Positions 1 through 14,356 of a DNA stretch of 64,000 nt are shown here, piece after piece; the first letter of the stretch is position 1; every line of letters begins with the position of its first letter. The stretch covers positions 58,466,001-58,530,000 of the forward strand of contig OX597831.1 in the NCBI GenBank assembly GCA_951406725.2. The letters run 5' to 3'. A program made the position numbers and the translations under genes. The stretch is from Octopus vulgaris. Taxonomy: Eukaryota. The notes below the pieces were generated by a model. It ran no database searches, was not told the origin of the DNA, and saw nothing but the letters and a program-made list of their open reading frames with translations.

Positions 1-91
1 GTCATATCCTATTTTATGGACTCAACCATGTTCTAAAATAAGTCGGAATATAAGCTGCTATAAATCGGCCCGACCTTTCCGTACAACCTAA
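1..91 (-). mobile_element. Mariner-type transposon 5' end/TIR, cut by window edge
   Basis: Reverse complement matches the left end of the mariner relic at 42041 (ttgggttgtccggaaagttcgtgccgatttatagtagcttata...ttattttagaacatggttgag). Confidence 0.75.
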
Positions 92-210
92 CCTTTCACG
101 ATACGAATTACACATCACTACGGTCCTCCAAACCTACCGGTGGAACTTGGTGTGATTCTTTATTTATATAGCTGATATGGGTACGACCTTTTGGTTCTGT
201 CCATTGATGG

Positions 211-619
211 CTTTACTCTTTTGCTCTTTTACTTGTTTCAGTCATGTGACTGTGGCCATGCAGCAGCACTGCCTTTAGTCGAGCAAATCGATCCCATGAC
301 TTATTATAAGCATAGTACTTATTCTATCGGTCTCTTTTGCCGAACCGCTAATTTACAGCGGACGTAAACACACCATCATCGGTTGTCAAGCGATGTTGGG
401 GGGGACAAGCACAGACACAAACATATATACACACATGCCAATATGTAAATATACATATATACGACGGGCTTCTTTCAGTTTCCCTCTACCAAATCCACTC
501 ACAAGGCTTTGGTCGACCCGAGGCTATAGTAGAAGACACTTGCCCAAAGTGCCACGTAGTGAGACTGAACCCTGAACCATGTGATTGTTAAGCAAGCTAC
601 TTACCACACAGCCACTCCT
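211..619 (-). mobile_element. tRNA-derived SINE, family A (internal TA/TG microsatellite)
   Basis: On the minus strand: A box TGGCTGTGTGG, B box GGTTCAGTCTC, body shared with 8 other copies in the window, tail ...GACTGAAACAAGTAAAAGAG repeats. Confidence 0.9.
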
Positions 620-1745
620 TCTTTGCAATGTCTGCTGGCTGTTATGTTTGTGCTTCTTCATTAGCTGTGTTATTTCCCGAATGTTTTTATCACTAACTAG
701 TTTTTGTGGGGTTCGTAGTGATTTGGTTGTTTGTTTTGTCGCTTGTGATTTGCTTTGTCGTTTCTATTTTTACTGTTTCATGTTGAACTTGGCTTATACC
801 ATTACGATTTATTTATTTGCTCATTTATATGCAAATCCAGAGAAGAATTATTTATGGGTTTGCCAAAGACATGTGTATGTAAATGTGTGTGTATCTTTGT
901 TCAATTCTTTTTTTTCTTCTTAGAAGTAGATTGTGTGGTTAGAAATTCGTATTGAGAACTGTTTAACACTGTATTTCATGCGTGTTGCTATTAAAGTTCA
1001 TAGTTACGTGCCTTTTTTATGGGGACTTTTTTATGTCTCTATGCTCGTTTATGTGTGTGTGTGTGTGTGTGTGTTTGAATTGCGAATTTTGTTTGGTTCA
1101 GACCAAAGGAGCTTTAAACTTTGTGGTGTGTGTATATTTTATTCATATGGTCTCTTGTAGCAACTATTTATAACTGGATAATACTCTTAATATATTTCCA
1201 TTTGTTTGTAGGTGTGTATATGTGTCTGTTTTTTCTATTTGGTCAAGCCTTTTTATATGTATGTGCGTGTGTGTGTGTATGTGTGTGTATGTGTGTGTGT
1301 GTGTGTATTTGTGTGATGTATTGTAATTTTAATTTCAGATGGCATTTTGTGGCTCGTTTCTTGGGGATGCAAATGTTACTTCTGTGACGCGTTTGAGCTG
1401 TTGTTGCATCTGCGCCGTTTTTAAAGGTTGCTTGCATTTTAGTCCATTTCTTGAAGATGAATTTGTTTTGGCGTCTGCTGTGTGGTATGGACTGATTTCT
1501 CTTATTTAGCGTGTAACCTGTATGCCTTACAAAGAAATTCTACATAATCACACAAAACTTACACTCACTCAAACCATGAATGCAGCAAAGCGAAAATCCG
1601 GTGGCTTTTGAAAGGCTACGCATAGATGAATAAAATATTGCTAATCAAATGGCTAGCTGTCTGTTTTGGTGCTCGGCTAGAATATTAAAATTCTAATATT
1701 CCGAGCTATTAATCTCGGTACGTTTGAAATAGTGTAGTGTGCAAA

Positions 1746-2578
<833 letters not shown>

Positions 2579-2699
2579 AACACGACAGTCAGGCGGTAGG
2601 TGATAATGGATGCTATAAACATACGTGCCCCTTTCGCCCTTCCTAGCAGGGATAACGGCCTTCCAGATCAGGCCCGGGTTATGGCACTCCCCCTGCCTG

Positions 2700-3570
2700 T
2701 AACCTCGCTCTAACTGTTCTCTATCTGGAGGTCAGTGCCGAACCAGACCCCTAGAAACTTAATCGGACCTTCCGTCTAATGTCCCACGATGTTATTGGGT
2801 AGCATCGACTTTCTCCTCCAGGTGCCGAGTTGCAAGCCGCCTGACTTGTCCTGATTAATAGCTGCTCCTGCCACCGATTCGTATTCTTTGATAGCGGTTC
2901 CTACATTATGTAGCTGCCATTCATCGGATACGATGATGCAAAACGATAGATCATGCAAAACGCCCTCTACCGCCTCCACCCTTAGCAGTAATGTCTCAAA
3001 AGCCAGCACATACGAAGGCAGAGACAAAGGACATCCCTAGTGAACCGAGCGCTCAATATTGAACGGTTTCGAGAAGAAACCATGTACCTGGACGGCAGAC
3101 TCGATGTTGCTGTACAAAGCAGTGATCCAGCCACGGGAAGTCGGGCCTAGCCCGGCCGCCTCGAAAGCCGCCGCAAGATACCGATGGTCGACTCTATCAA
3201 ATGCTTTAGATTGGTCTAAATGCACCAGTATCCCACCTTTGCCAGAGAATTTATCCACCCTCTCTAAGAAGTAGCGTATGAGGTGGAGTATTCCTCTATC
3301 GCCTCTACTGTAGCTATTTCTATTTTTTTTCGATGTTGTGGACAGCGTTCTATACACTGCTGTCCGCTTCATCACGCTCGCTGTTAAATTTTCTGACGGT
3401 GTCAACCTCAAACTGGTTCCGTCTTTCTCTATGCGTCTGTTGAACTCCTTCAACTTCCTCTGCTCTATCTTCATCTCTCGTACATGCAACACGTCAGCTG
3501 TCAAACTTCTTCCAGTGACTGAAGCATAGCTGCCGGATAGAACTGGTTCGCTCTCCATCCACTGCTTCTT
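2700..3570 (-). mobile_element. L1/Tx1-like LINE reverse transcriptase relic (internally deleted, with stops)
   Basis: LDQSKAFDRVDH...GWITALYS...SVH*GCPLS...; downstream EYESVAGAAINQDKS.GLQLG and IKFLGVWFG, typical of L1/Tx1 ORF2. Confidence 0.85.
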
Positions 3571-3756
3571 GTCTAAATTTAACTCACAGGGATCAAAAAT
3601 GATAAAAAAAAAACACACCAAAAATAGCTCCGTGACTGACACTACTGACTGTGTCAGTGCACGATTTATTAGTAGCGGACGAGCACACTTCTCACCTGGG
3701 GGCGTCCGCCACGATACATACATACATAGATGTACGTCTATATAGATACATACAGT

Positions 3757-4588
3757 GACAGCAATGGCAGTACCCCTAACAACAACAGCAGCATCATAAA
3801 TATACAGCGGTGAGCTAGCAGAAACGTTAGCAGGCCGGGCGAAATGCGTAGCCGTATTTCGTTTGCCGGTTCAAATTCCGCCAAAGTCGACTTTGCCTTT
3901 CATCCTTTCGGAGTCGATAAGTAAAGTACCAGTTACGCACTGGGGTCGATGTAATCGACTTAATCACTTTGTCTGTCCTTGTTTGTCCCCTCTATGTTTA
4001 GCCCCTTGTGGGCAGTTAAGAAATATATATAGATACATACTTTGACCCAAGCTTACACACACATACGTCCAAACATATCCACATACATACATGTGCACAA
4101 ACGTACATACATACATACACACGTATATACAAATACAGACATTAAAGATACAACTTTCTTGTAGTGTCCAAGATTTCATATGACACTCTCCTTTCTTACA
4201 AAACATTTCCCGCAGTCAGGTGGCACTGTCTCAAACAATTCGCATTTCCTGCAGCTCACACACACACACACACACGCACGCAAACATACGCACAAACACA
4301 CACACACACGCTCTGACATACGCACGCATGCGTACACAGACATATATTTAAAGAAGATCAATTTGGCTCAAATTCTATACAAAAATATATATTCCCTTCC
4401 CTCTAATATTGACTGTTCTGTCTTCACTTTCATGAACCATTACGGATAATTCAATTAGAAACACCGATTTATCACATTAGTTTATTAGTTCATCTAAATT
4501 ATACATTTGTGGGTGTAAAGAAACCGTACATACATACATACATACATATGCGTGTGTGTTATATATATATAAATATATATGCATGTGC

Positions 4589-4670
<82 letters not shown>

Positions 4671-4708
4671 GAACGTATCTATCTATAAGTCTATCGATCT
4701 ATCTCTTG

Positions 4709-4762
<54 letters not shown>

Positions 4763-4815
4763 GTATGTATATTTATGATGCTGCTGTTATTGTTAGGGGT
4801 ACTGCCATTGCTGTC
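3757..4815. repeat. 50-bp inverted repeat pair (3757-3806 / 4766-4815)
   Basis: gacagcaatggcagtacccctaacaacaacagcagcatcataaatataca is the reverse complement of 4766-4815 with 1 mismatch. Confidence 0.9.
3807..4026 (+). mobile_element. tRNA-derived SINE, family B
   Basis: Head gcggtgagctagcagaaacgttagca...ttcaaattcc, core gtcgactttgcctttcatcctttcggagtcgataa..aagtacc, tail ..gccccttgtgggcagttaagaaat; many copies in window. Confidence 0.88.
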
Positions 4816-5132
4816 GTTAATGTTGTTGTCGCTGAAGATGTATGTATATAGTCATATCCCATCGCCTGTTAGAGTTAATATATTAATAAATTTCGCTAGT
4901 ACCTTATTATAAGTCGAAATACATATTTGTGTGTGTATGCATGTATAAGTATGAATACATCGATATACATACATCCATACACTCACTTATTTAGACACAC
5001 GTATGTATGTGTCTGTGTATGTATGTATGTATGTATGTATGTATGTATGTATGTATGTATGTATGTATGTATGTATGTATGCATGTATGCATGAATGTAG
5101 CTTATTCGAGTTGAATACATACATATATAAAC

Positions 5133-5180
5133 GGCGGTGCCTCAGCATGGCCGTAGCTCTGAGCTGAAACAAGAAAAAAA
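5133..5180 (+). mobile_element. Isolated SINE-A-like 3' tail (strongly 5'-truncated retroposition)
   Basis: ggcggtgcctcagcatggccgtagctctgagctgaaacaag + A-rich end, homologous to the family A tail ggcggtgctccagcatggccgcagtcaaatgactgaaacaag. Confidence 0.6.
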
Positions 5181-6228
5181 TATATATAATTATTGGTTAT
5201 AAATGATATGATAATGATTCTAAGATCACCTTTTATAATGTTCAATGTGACCTATTTTTCACCCCACAGACCACCAATAGAAGAAAACCTTAATGGTTTC
5301 TAATTTGGATCTCAGAAAATCCATTAAATTTCTTCTAGATGCCTCTAATTCAATTTCATGAATTGTATAAAATTTATACTGCTGCTCACTTCCAATGCTG
5401 AACATGCAATGTTTATTCAAGGAAAAATCACTGAAAATTTCCATTATTGAAATAGTATGTTGTGTGAACAGTTTCCTTAGAGAAGCGGAAGTCAATTAAC
5501 AAAACTACAACGTTGTATCAATTCGACACGCTACACGTTTTTGTATTTTAAAATGTAGTGTTCTTTAAAGAGAAGTTTCAGTTGTTTAAACGAAATAAGT
5601 TCCGGAAAGAAGAAAACGTCTTTTAATTCGTTTCGGAATCTTAAAACTATTAGATAATTTTTACCATGTCCATCGCACACCTAATATAATTAAATATCAT
5701 TATTTCAGTTTAATTACTAGTCGTGCTTAGCTTTACGTTCACTTGAATTCTAGCCTTCTGGAGAGGTGAGAAAGTTTCAATACTTTCCCAATTTCGATTA
5801 GCTATAGAAAACAATCGAATTGTGAAATACTTAGTAGTTTGAATACCAATATCATTTCAATTTTGTCTCTGCTTTTTAAAAGTGAAGTAGGTTCCGTTCT
5901 CATATCTGAGTCGGAGACCACCACGTGTCCCACAACCTCGTAGAAATAAAAGCAAAATTCTCCTCCAAATCACATCTAAATTGATTTGCCATTCGTTTTA
6001 TGATGTAGTTCTAACTAGTCTAAGAGTAGAAGAGAAGTCAAGCCTGGAACATCATTGTTCCTATATCAGCTCAGTGAGTGCTGATTTGAGGTCAAACAAT
6101 AGTGATGACCATAACCAATTGTATCTATAATTGCTACAGAAGGTGAAGTTATCTCACCGAGTCAGCGGAAAGGGTTGTATATTTTCTGTACAATTGTTCT
6201 TCCTGCTTACTACTGTCATTTATATATA

Positions 6229-6855
6229 TCAGGTTGAGTAACAAGTAAGCAACGTTTTGAACCATGAAGAATTTGTACCGGATTTTGTAGTGTTTTAAAT
6301 TTATTTTAAACATTTGTTTTGCAACTGTCTGATAATACAGACATAGACTTGCCCAAATACGTCAATAAATTAACATTGGTACTTTTTCACCATTGTTACA
6401 ATCATCTGAAATGGAATTGTTAAAGCGCGATATTCGAGCAATTTTGCTACTCAACTTCAAAAAAGGACGTAAAATAACTGAAACTGCTCGTGGTATCAAC
6501 GAAAGGCTTGGTGAGGAAATGAGCTGTGAGTGGTCAGTTTGAAAATGGTTTAAACGATTTCGCTGTGAAGACCTGAGCCTTGAAGGTCGTGAGCGTAGTG
6601 GACGCCTATCTGTCATCGATGACGGTCAATTAAAGACCATCATTGAGAAATATCCACGGGAAACCACTCGAAAACTGGTAAAAGACCTTCAGGTTAGCCA
6701 GAAAACTGCTTGCAACCATTTGCATGCAATTGGAAAATCAAAAAAGCTCGACAAGTTGGTACGATTTAAATGAAAATCAAAAAATGCGTAGGTATGAAAT
6801 TTGCTCTTCGTAACCAGACCGATCAATTTCTCGACCGTGTTGTAAGTTGCGATGA
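6229..6855 (+). mobile_element. Mariner transposon 5' half (pseudogene)
   Basis: TA-flanked TIR-like start tcaggttgagtaacaagtaa; ATG 6411 gives MELLKRDIRAILLLNFKKG..TARGIN..*KWFKRFR..SLEGRERSGR...FLDRVVSCD (mariner HTH plus first Asp). Confidence 0.85.
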
Positions 6856-8024
6856 TGGCCATTATCACTTGTATCTATAATCGCTAGAGAAGGTGAAATT
6901 ATCTTCTTACGGAAGGGGTTGTATAAATTTCGTCACTTGTGCCAAATGATAAGAATCGACGGAAGTGTGACAGTTCAGAAACACACACTACGGAAACCTC
7001 CACTCTCCATAAAATATTGGTATGAAAATCCTGGTCTAGGTTACTCGGTAAACCTGAAATAGAAACCCAAATAGACGGGCACCATTCCATAAGCAGCATC
7101 TAACAGTTCCTTACCTGAGATGGCAAACCGTTGACGAAAGATCTGATCCATCGGAAGGTTTTGCGTGCAGTTTGTTGCTGTGGAGACACTGTATTTCAAA
7201 GCCTACTTTAACAGCTAACCCTAACTCTTGATATTGGAGGTGGAATAATGGAAAATGCCGAGAAAAGCAATAGAGATACTGTTGGGGATGATTGTGCGAA
7301 GGGAAACCGTCAGCCATGAATGTTTTGCCTTGCGAAATTTATAGAGAAATACTATGTTTTTTTCGTCATTTTCTTTGTAGCCGTATCACTCAGTTGTCAG
7401 CAAACTGATAAGAACCCATTATCTCCGGTGCTGCTGATGAAGACAACAAACATTGGCAATTTCCGGTTCATAACCCTGCTGAACGTGAATGCTTTGAACA
7501 ATATTATGGTTTATAAATGTTTATAAACTGTGCAGTGATAATTATTTAGTAACTCATTAAATAATCATTTCAAGCTGATTGAACACGGCGTTATTACTTT
7601 TCAAAACAACAAGAATCTGTTGAATGAAAACAATTGACCGTAACGGAAAAATATAAACATTAAAATTCGAGTTGAAATTGAATTAAAAACTGTATAAGAT
7701 AAATCGCTTTTATACGTGGAAATAAGTATAATAATTACAGCAGAGATAAAAAAGCTGTTTTAAAAATCAAGAGTTTAAGAAAAATATATTGTAAAAGATG
7801 AAATTAACATTAATAATTAATAATTAACAAAAGGTGAAGGTATAAGTACACTATAAGGCCCAGAAGAATGAGTATTATTGAAACTAAATAGAAAGAGAAG
7901 AATGGGAGCTAAGTTAAAAGATGTTAATAGGAACCAGTGAGAACTTGTGTAAAATGTGGATACACAAACAGCGCAGTTGATGGAGAAAATTGAAACGATT
8001 GCAAAGCAATTAAATATCATCACA

Positions 8025-8237
8025 TTACTCTTTTATTTTTTTACTCTTTTACTTGTTTCAGGCATCCGACTGTGGTCATGCTGGAGCACCGCCTTTAGTC
8101 GAACGAATCGACCCCAGGACTCATTCTTTGTAATCCCAGTACTTATTCTATCGGTCTCTTTTTGCCGAACCACCAAGTTACGGGGACGCAAACACACCAG
8201 CATCGGTTGTCAAGCGATATTGGGGGGACAAACACAG

Positions 8238-8291
<54 letters not shown>

Positions 8292-8460
8292 GTACATATA
8301 TACGACAGGCTTCTTTCAGTTTCCGTCTACTAAATCCACTCACAAGGCTTTGGTTGGCCCGAGGCTATAGCAGGAGACACTTTCCCAAGGTGCCACGCAG
8401 TGGGACTGAACCGGAACTATGTGGTTGGTCAGCAAGCTACTTACCACACAGCCACTCCTG
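8025..8460 (-). mobile_element. SINE family A
   Basis: Full head-microsatellite-tail copy. Confidence 0.92.
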
Positions 8461-8475
8461 TTCAAACTACTCAGG

Positions 8476-8510
8476 GTTGTCTGATGATCGAATACGTGAA
8501 ACTGAGCAAC
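8476..8510 (+). ncRNA. Degenerate minimal hammerhead ribozyme motif in PLE 5' region
   Basis: GUUGU-CUGAUGA-UCG aaua CGU-GAAA-CUGA-GCAAC; stem I pairs, core intact, stem II mismatched, no NUH triplet. Confidence 0.5.
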
Positions 8511-9058
8511 GTTTTGTGAAATATTTTCAGCTCAATAAAGCATTATTTTGTCCTACCTCTGATATTCTAACGCTATTTTCTTTATTTTGTTTTGAATTAA
8601 TATATTCGCATATGCATATACTGCTCCTTTGATAATTTTTAGCGGTATTATCTCAGAGGAAGAAGAGAGAGCTTAAAATGAAGTTATGTCCTTTGAAATG
8701 TTCAGTCAGAAACATCCCAATTCCATTGAATATTCAATAGTTAAATCTTTTGATTGTAGAAATGGAAAATTTTATTCGCAGAATGACACGTGATTGTGGT
8801 AGACTAATGCCAATTGTAATTATGAAGTTAAATCTAGAAAGCCCTCTGGCAGTTAGGAACATGTAACATTTTGAATGTGATCTTATTGATCTGATAAGCA
8901 AAATAAAAGTCTGCAAAGTGAACAACAGCTTTTGAAGTTCTCACACAGAAGGTTTAAATTTTGTGCGAAATTCCGACAAATTACTCACCCACCATTTGAT
9001 GAGACTAAGAACATTTACACTGTTGACCGGCTCATCTCTAGTAGTACCAATAACAGTG

Positions 9059-9453
9059 CCAGACCGATCCATTTCTCGAACGTGTTGTAACTTGCAATGA
9101 AAAGTGGACTCTGTACAATAATAAAAACGTTCTTCGAAGTGGTTGGGTCAAAATAAAGCACCGAAAACCTTCCCTAAACCCGAGCAACTAGTGGTGTACT
9201 GCAGGACTCTACTATAACCTCTTAAAATCCAGTAAACCATTATTGCAGAAACATATTGCCATGAAATTATCAAAAATGAACGAAAAACTACTGCCCCTCC
9301 GTTCAGACTGGTCAACAGAAGAGGGCCAATCATTCTTCATGACAATGCTGGATCACACGGTTCACTAATGATGCTCCAGATGTTGACGGAACTTAGCTAC
9401 GAAGATCTTCCAACCCAGCTTATTCCGCAGACCTTTCTACTATCGACTACTAC
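9059..9453 (+). mobile_element. Mariner transposase catalytic-domain fragment
   Basis: QTDPFLERVVTCNEKW.LYNN...ILHDNAGSH...PAYSADLSTIDYY, with frameshifts. Confidence 0.85.
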
Positions 9454-12400
9454 GTAGTCGATAGAAGACCTTTCCTCAGGCCTTTTTTCTATTGACTACC
9501 GCTGATAGGTATAGGAAGGTCGACCTAACTTTATCGAATGAAAAGAAACTAGAAGGGAAAAGAAACGCTACCGGCCTAAACTTCAGTGATAGAACAGAAC
9601 ACCTACCCCAAAGCAAACATTTTATTACTTTAACTTAGTCTCTCTAAATTACGGTTAGGAATGTTATAACTCCTTTTTAGTGCACCGGTACATGCTGCAA
9701 GATCATTAATGATAAACAGATTTGTAGAGTTACTCAGTTTGATATCGTGGACTTATATCTTTCTACAACAAGATCTCTGCTTCAATAGGCCCTAGATTTC
9801 GCAAAGCCATATATGTCCATTAGTGAGTTGAAAATCGGTATAATGCTGCACGCCAGGATATGGTTACAGTGTATTAACAGCTCTAACTGGGTTACGTCAA
9901 ACAGAAATGGATTATTCGATGTGGCTAAGGGTGCATATGTTCGAGAACAATTATGCATGCTTACAAGGCTATATATTCAGGATTGCTTACGTCCAAACTT
10001 CCAGTATTTAAGTACGAGTGTATAAAAGGCTGACAGCTTTATCATTATTTGCCATATGAATCGGCATGAGCTTGATGGTCTTAGAAAGGATCTTATTGTA
10101 TTCTAGCTTGCGGTTGTTACGAGCTTTAGTAGGAGTCAGGGGGTTTTAGACATCACTCTACATTTGCAATGTAAGGATTTTAGACCTTATTGTAGGCCTA
10201 ATGAAAGGCTATTTTATATTAAGGATTCCGAATCTCACAGAACTAGAACTTGGAAGGCTTTGTGGTTCAACGCAACATCTAGCCTCAAAGTCAAGACTAA
10301 TATAGCTTGAGAATTTAAAATTTAGTAGCCAGGCATTTCACCAGATACAGCATGTTGTCTCCAAATTTCTGGTAGAGTTAATTGCGTCATGGTGATGTTT
10401 TTCTCACAGATGGTGTCCACTTGTCCCTACTATACTGTGTAGTAGATAAAATCAAAAACAAGCAAATCGCATGCACGAAATTAAAAATATAAAATGGTGA
10501 AAATTTACCTATCACACCCTGTATATATATAAGGCATTGGATTGTCCCTCTGAAAGTATAGCAGAAAATGTGCTTAGAATTGGGCTTATTACTGCATGTT
10601 TGCGAGGTGAATATTTCGTGGTGCCTCTGAGCATCTTCTAAGACGTTGGAAGCTACTTGCCATGGTAAGTACTGTATAGCCTAGGATCAGTTCACAAGTG
10701 AAATAGTGAGCGAAACCTATTGGGACATACATGTGGTTAAAGTTTTCCATCCGTGGCCACCCTCATTTGTTACTCTTCTAAGACTGTATCATTATGTAAA
10801 ACATAAGTGTAACTTGGCTGCTAGATCTAGCAGGTTCTCAGTCCATGTATAAGCAGCTTCCTTGGCTCATCAGAATAAATGTTGTAAGAGGAGGATGTAA
10901 ACCAATTAGTCATTTGGTCAGTTCTACATTCCAAACGAGTCGATCACTTAGTGTCGTTTTAAAGAAGACATCAATTCATTTGAAGTGTCCTTAATTAACG
11001 AAAATTTGAGTTGCAATATAAACAGAGAATAGAATATGACTATTTGGTGAATTATTATAAATTTTTGTTTCAATTAGTTCGCCTTCAACAAGTCTGCAAA
11101 ATATTGACAGTGAAATGCTGACATTTGCTTTCATGTCAGAATCGACTCCAGCATTTGGGTCATATTTTCGGCACCATATTAATTTTTAGTTTGAACAGTG
11201 AAAAGACAGATAACAACAAAAATCAAAAATCAAAATTGAGAAATAATTATGAAGGACAATTGGAAGTTAGCGGAATGCCAACTAAGCAACTTGATTTTTG
11301 CGATCTTGGCACTCTTATTATTTCATTTCCTCATCAAGTCAAAGAATGAACGAACCAATTGAGAGGTGGAGAAATTACCTTGTAATACCAAGTTTGGTTC
11401 TTCTACATTCTCACTTTAAGTCTTGTCTGGGTTGATTTTTTTTCATCTTTCAAGGGTCGATTAAATACGTGGTAATCATATTTCTGTATAATGGATCGAT
11501 TGAATCCATTTCTGTTTCCCTGTTTTTGAGGTCTTGTGCCTTTGTTTGAAATCGATATTATTCGACAAAAGATGACAGAGCATATCAAAAACAATAGAAA
11601 CCCAGACAAGATGTCTGATAAGAGTTTGTTTTATTTCATCATATCTGCGTACAAATCTCACATCAATCAATTTTGCCTTCATCTTTCTGAACTCGATAAA
11701 ATTGGATCGATTCATAAACAAAGATCGATTCAATTGACTATCGTCATACTCAAATTTGTGGCTTTGTGCCAAAGTTACAAACGATTATTTCCCTTAAAGG
11801 GGAACTGGAGTGTCAGATAGTACATTCAGTACACTGAACTGAATGTATTACATTATTTAACTGTAGTTCCTAGATTCGATGACGCTTCCTTCTCGCACAC
11901 ACCTTTGATTTTTATTTGAAATTTCTAAAGTAGATACACTTACAAACATGGTCTTAGCACATACTTTACTTAGATATTTTGTTAATGGGTTAGTGACCTA
12001 TAATTCCAATTGATCACTTGTAATCTGCAATTTTCTTTTATTTTACAGTATGGAGACACAGGAAATTTAGTATAGATACGTCTACTCATGAGCTTAAAAT
12101 TAGTTATGAAAAGTGTAACCTTCGCATACAAGCACGTACTGTAAACTTATGAAACATGCTTTAGGAGAGTAATAGCGAGTTTGACTCTGGGTAATACCTT
12201 GGCCTTATCCTTCTGCTCCGATTCTTGTTTCCAGGTTTGATCTTACATCCCTCACCATGCAAGCTGATAAATTATGATCGTGATGGTTCTTTCACTTACA
12301 AATGAGTGAATTTAAACCAATGTGAGTAATACTTTATTTCTTATGTCTAGAAATATCTCGGTACTAAATAAGATAACAAATGAAAACTAACATGTCGGTG

Positions 12401-13675
12401 AGATGTTCATGTTTTTCCTTTATGGTATTTATGAGACAAACACATGTGGGTAGGTCGTTTAAAACATTAAAATCGGGACGCCAGTATTTTTTTGATCAGC
12501 AGATTGTTACAATCAATATTCCAGTGTTTGCTACACCATTTTAAGTCGCTGTTGTAATTTGAAACATTAACAATATCTAATAAACGATCCAATTTAATGC
12601 ATTTCAAGTGACATAAGAAATCATTACAACTTCGTAAAACTTTGCTTTAATGATGTCAATTGATATATTTTATCTGGAAGTTATGGCACGTTGCACACAT
12701 ATGTATTAAAACACTCGCATACACATATAGAAACACATTTTTTTGTTTAAATGTCATTGAATTTAAAGAAATATTCTATTCAATGTTCAGTTATCAGTTG
12801 TGAAATAAATACTGCCTTAAAAACAATGTTATTTTGTTCGACATATAAGTTAGCAGGAGATTATAAGGAATGCATTACTATCTAATTTAAATTTTTAATC
12901 ATTAGAATTGTGTATGAATGAATGAATAAAGATTTCCATTGTAAATTTGTAAATGCTTTTCCTCGAGATATAAAAAAAATTATCATGACCGAATCATTCA
13001 CTTATTTAACAAACTCATTTAGAATTCTTTGCAATAGAAAAATCATAAAATGTCAACGAAAACATTTATTGCTTGCTGTTCAATAAGAAGTATTCATCAG
13101 TTATAGATTGGGGAAAAATTGCGGTAGTAATGAAGTGTTGATCCTTCGTTAACTAACTAGAACATATTTCTTCTTTAGAGTGGCGAGAAGGGGTGTAGCT
13201 AAATAGAGAAATAGGGGTGTATATCTAATACCAAGTGTTGTAGGTTCACTTTATGGAAGGATACTAACTATATGCAGTCTTCGATTGTCATGTATTTGCC
13301 CTACAGTAACTTGACACAGAAGAGAAAAGGGGCATACATTTACGCAAAGAAATACACTAAACCAAGCTTAAGAGATAAAAAGTACGGGCAATTAATTCTT
13401 AGGGTCAACATTCACATCAGTTTTCTAACACTGCGCATCACGTACAATATCAAGATATTTAATCCATACTTTATGTACAACACTTCCATGTCAAGTTGCA
13501 AGGTTAAATGCTTTTTTTGTTAAAATGGAATTGTCAGATGAGGGAGGCGGTATCCTTGATATCTTCAGGGTCTCTGAAACCGTCCTGAGCATAACTTACT
13601 TTACATGAAAGTTATGCACAGCCCCCACCCCCACAAAGAGCTTTAACCAGGTTACAGATTAAATAGACTATCCTA

Positions 13676-14353
<678 letters not shown>

Positions 14354-14356
<3 letters not shown>

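Larger units (their letters stand above)
8461..10880 (+). mobile_element. Decayed Penelope-like retroelement (RT + probable GIY-YIG), interrupted by a mariner patch
   Basis: Ordered, broken motifs: NIPIP..LIVEMENFIRRM (~8712), FECDLIDLISKIK, QFDIVDLY (~9735), IMLHAR..W..GLFDVAKGAY, FLDITL..FRPYCRPNE, LWFNA..KVKTNIA; these fit PLE RTs of the type with FDIxxFYPSI/FDVTMGSYDG motifs. GIY-YIG part (10530-10880) is weak. Confidence 0.8.

Noticed and set aside
5250-5305. Acceptor-like ttttcaccccacag followed by PPIEENLNGF*
   Set aside because: Too short; no upstream exon or homology.
7433-7490. CUGAUGA motif
   Set aside because: No GAAA or paired stems at suitable spacing.
12235-12321. Exon-like segment with good acceptor (ttgtttccag) and donor (gtgagt)
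   Set aside because: Stops in all three frames; a non-coding exon cannot be supported without transcripts.
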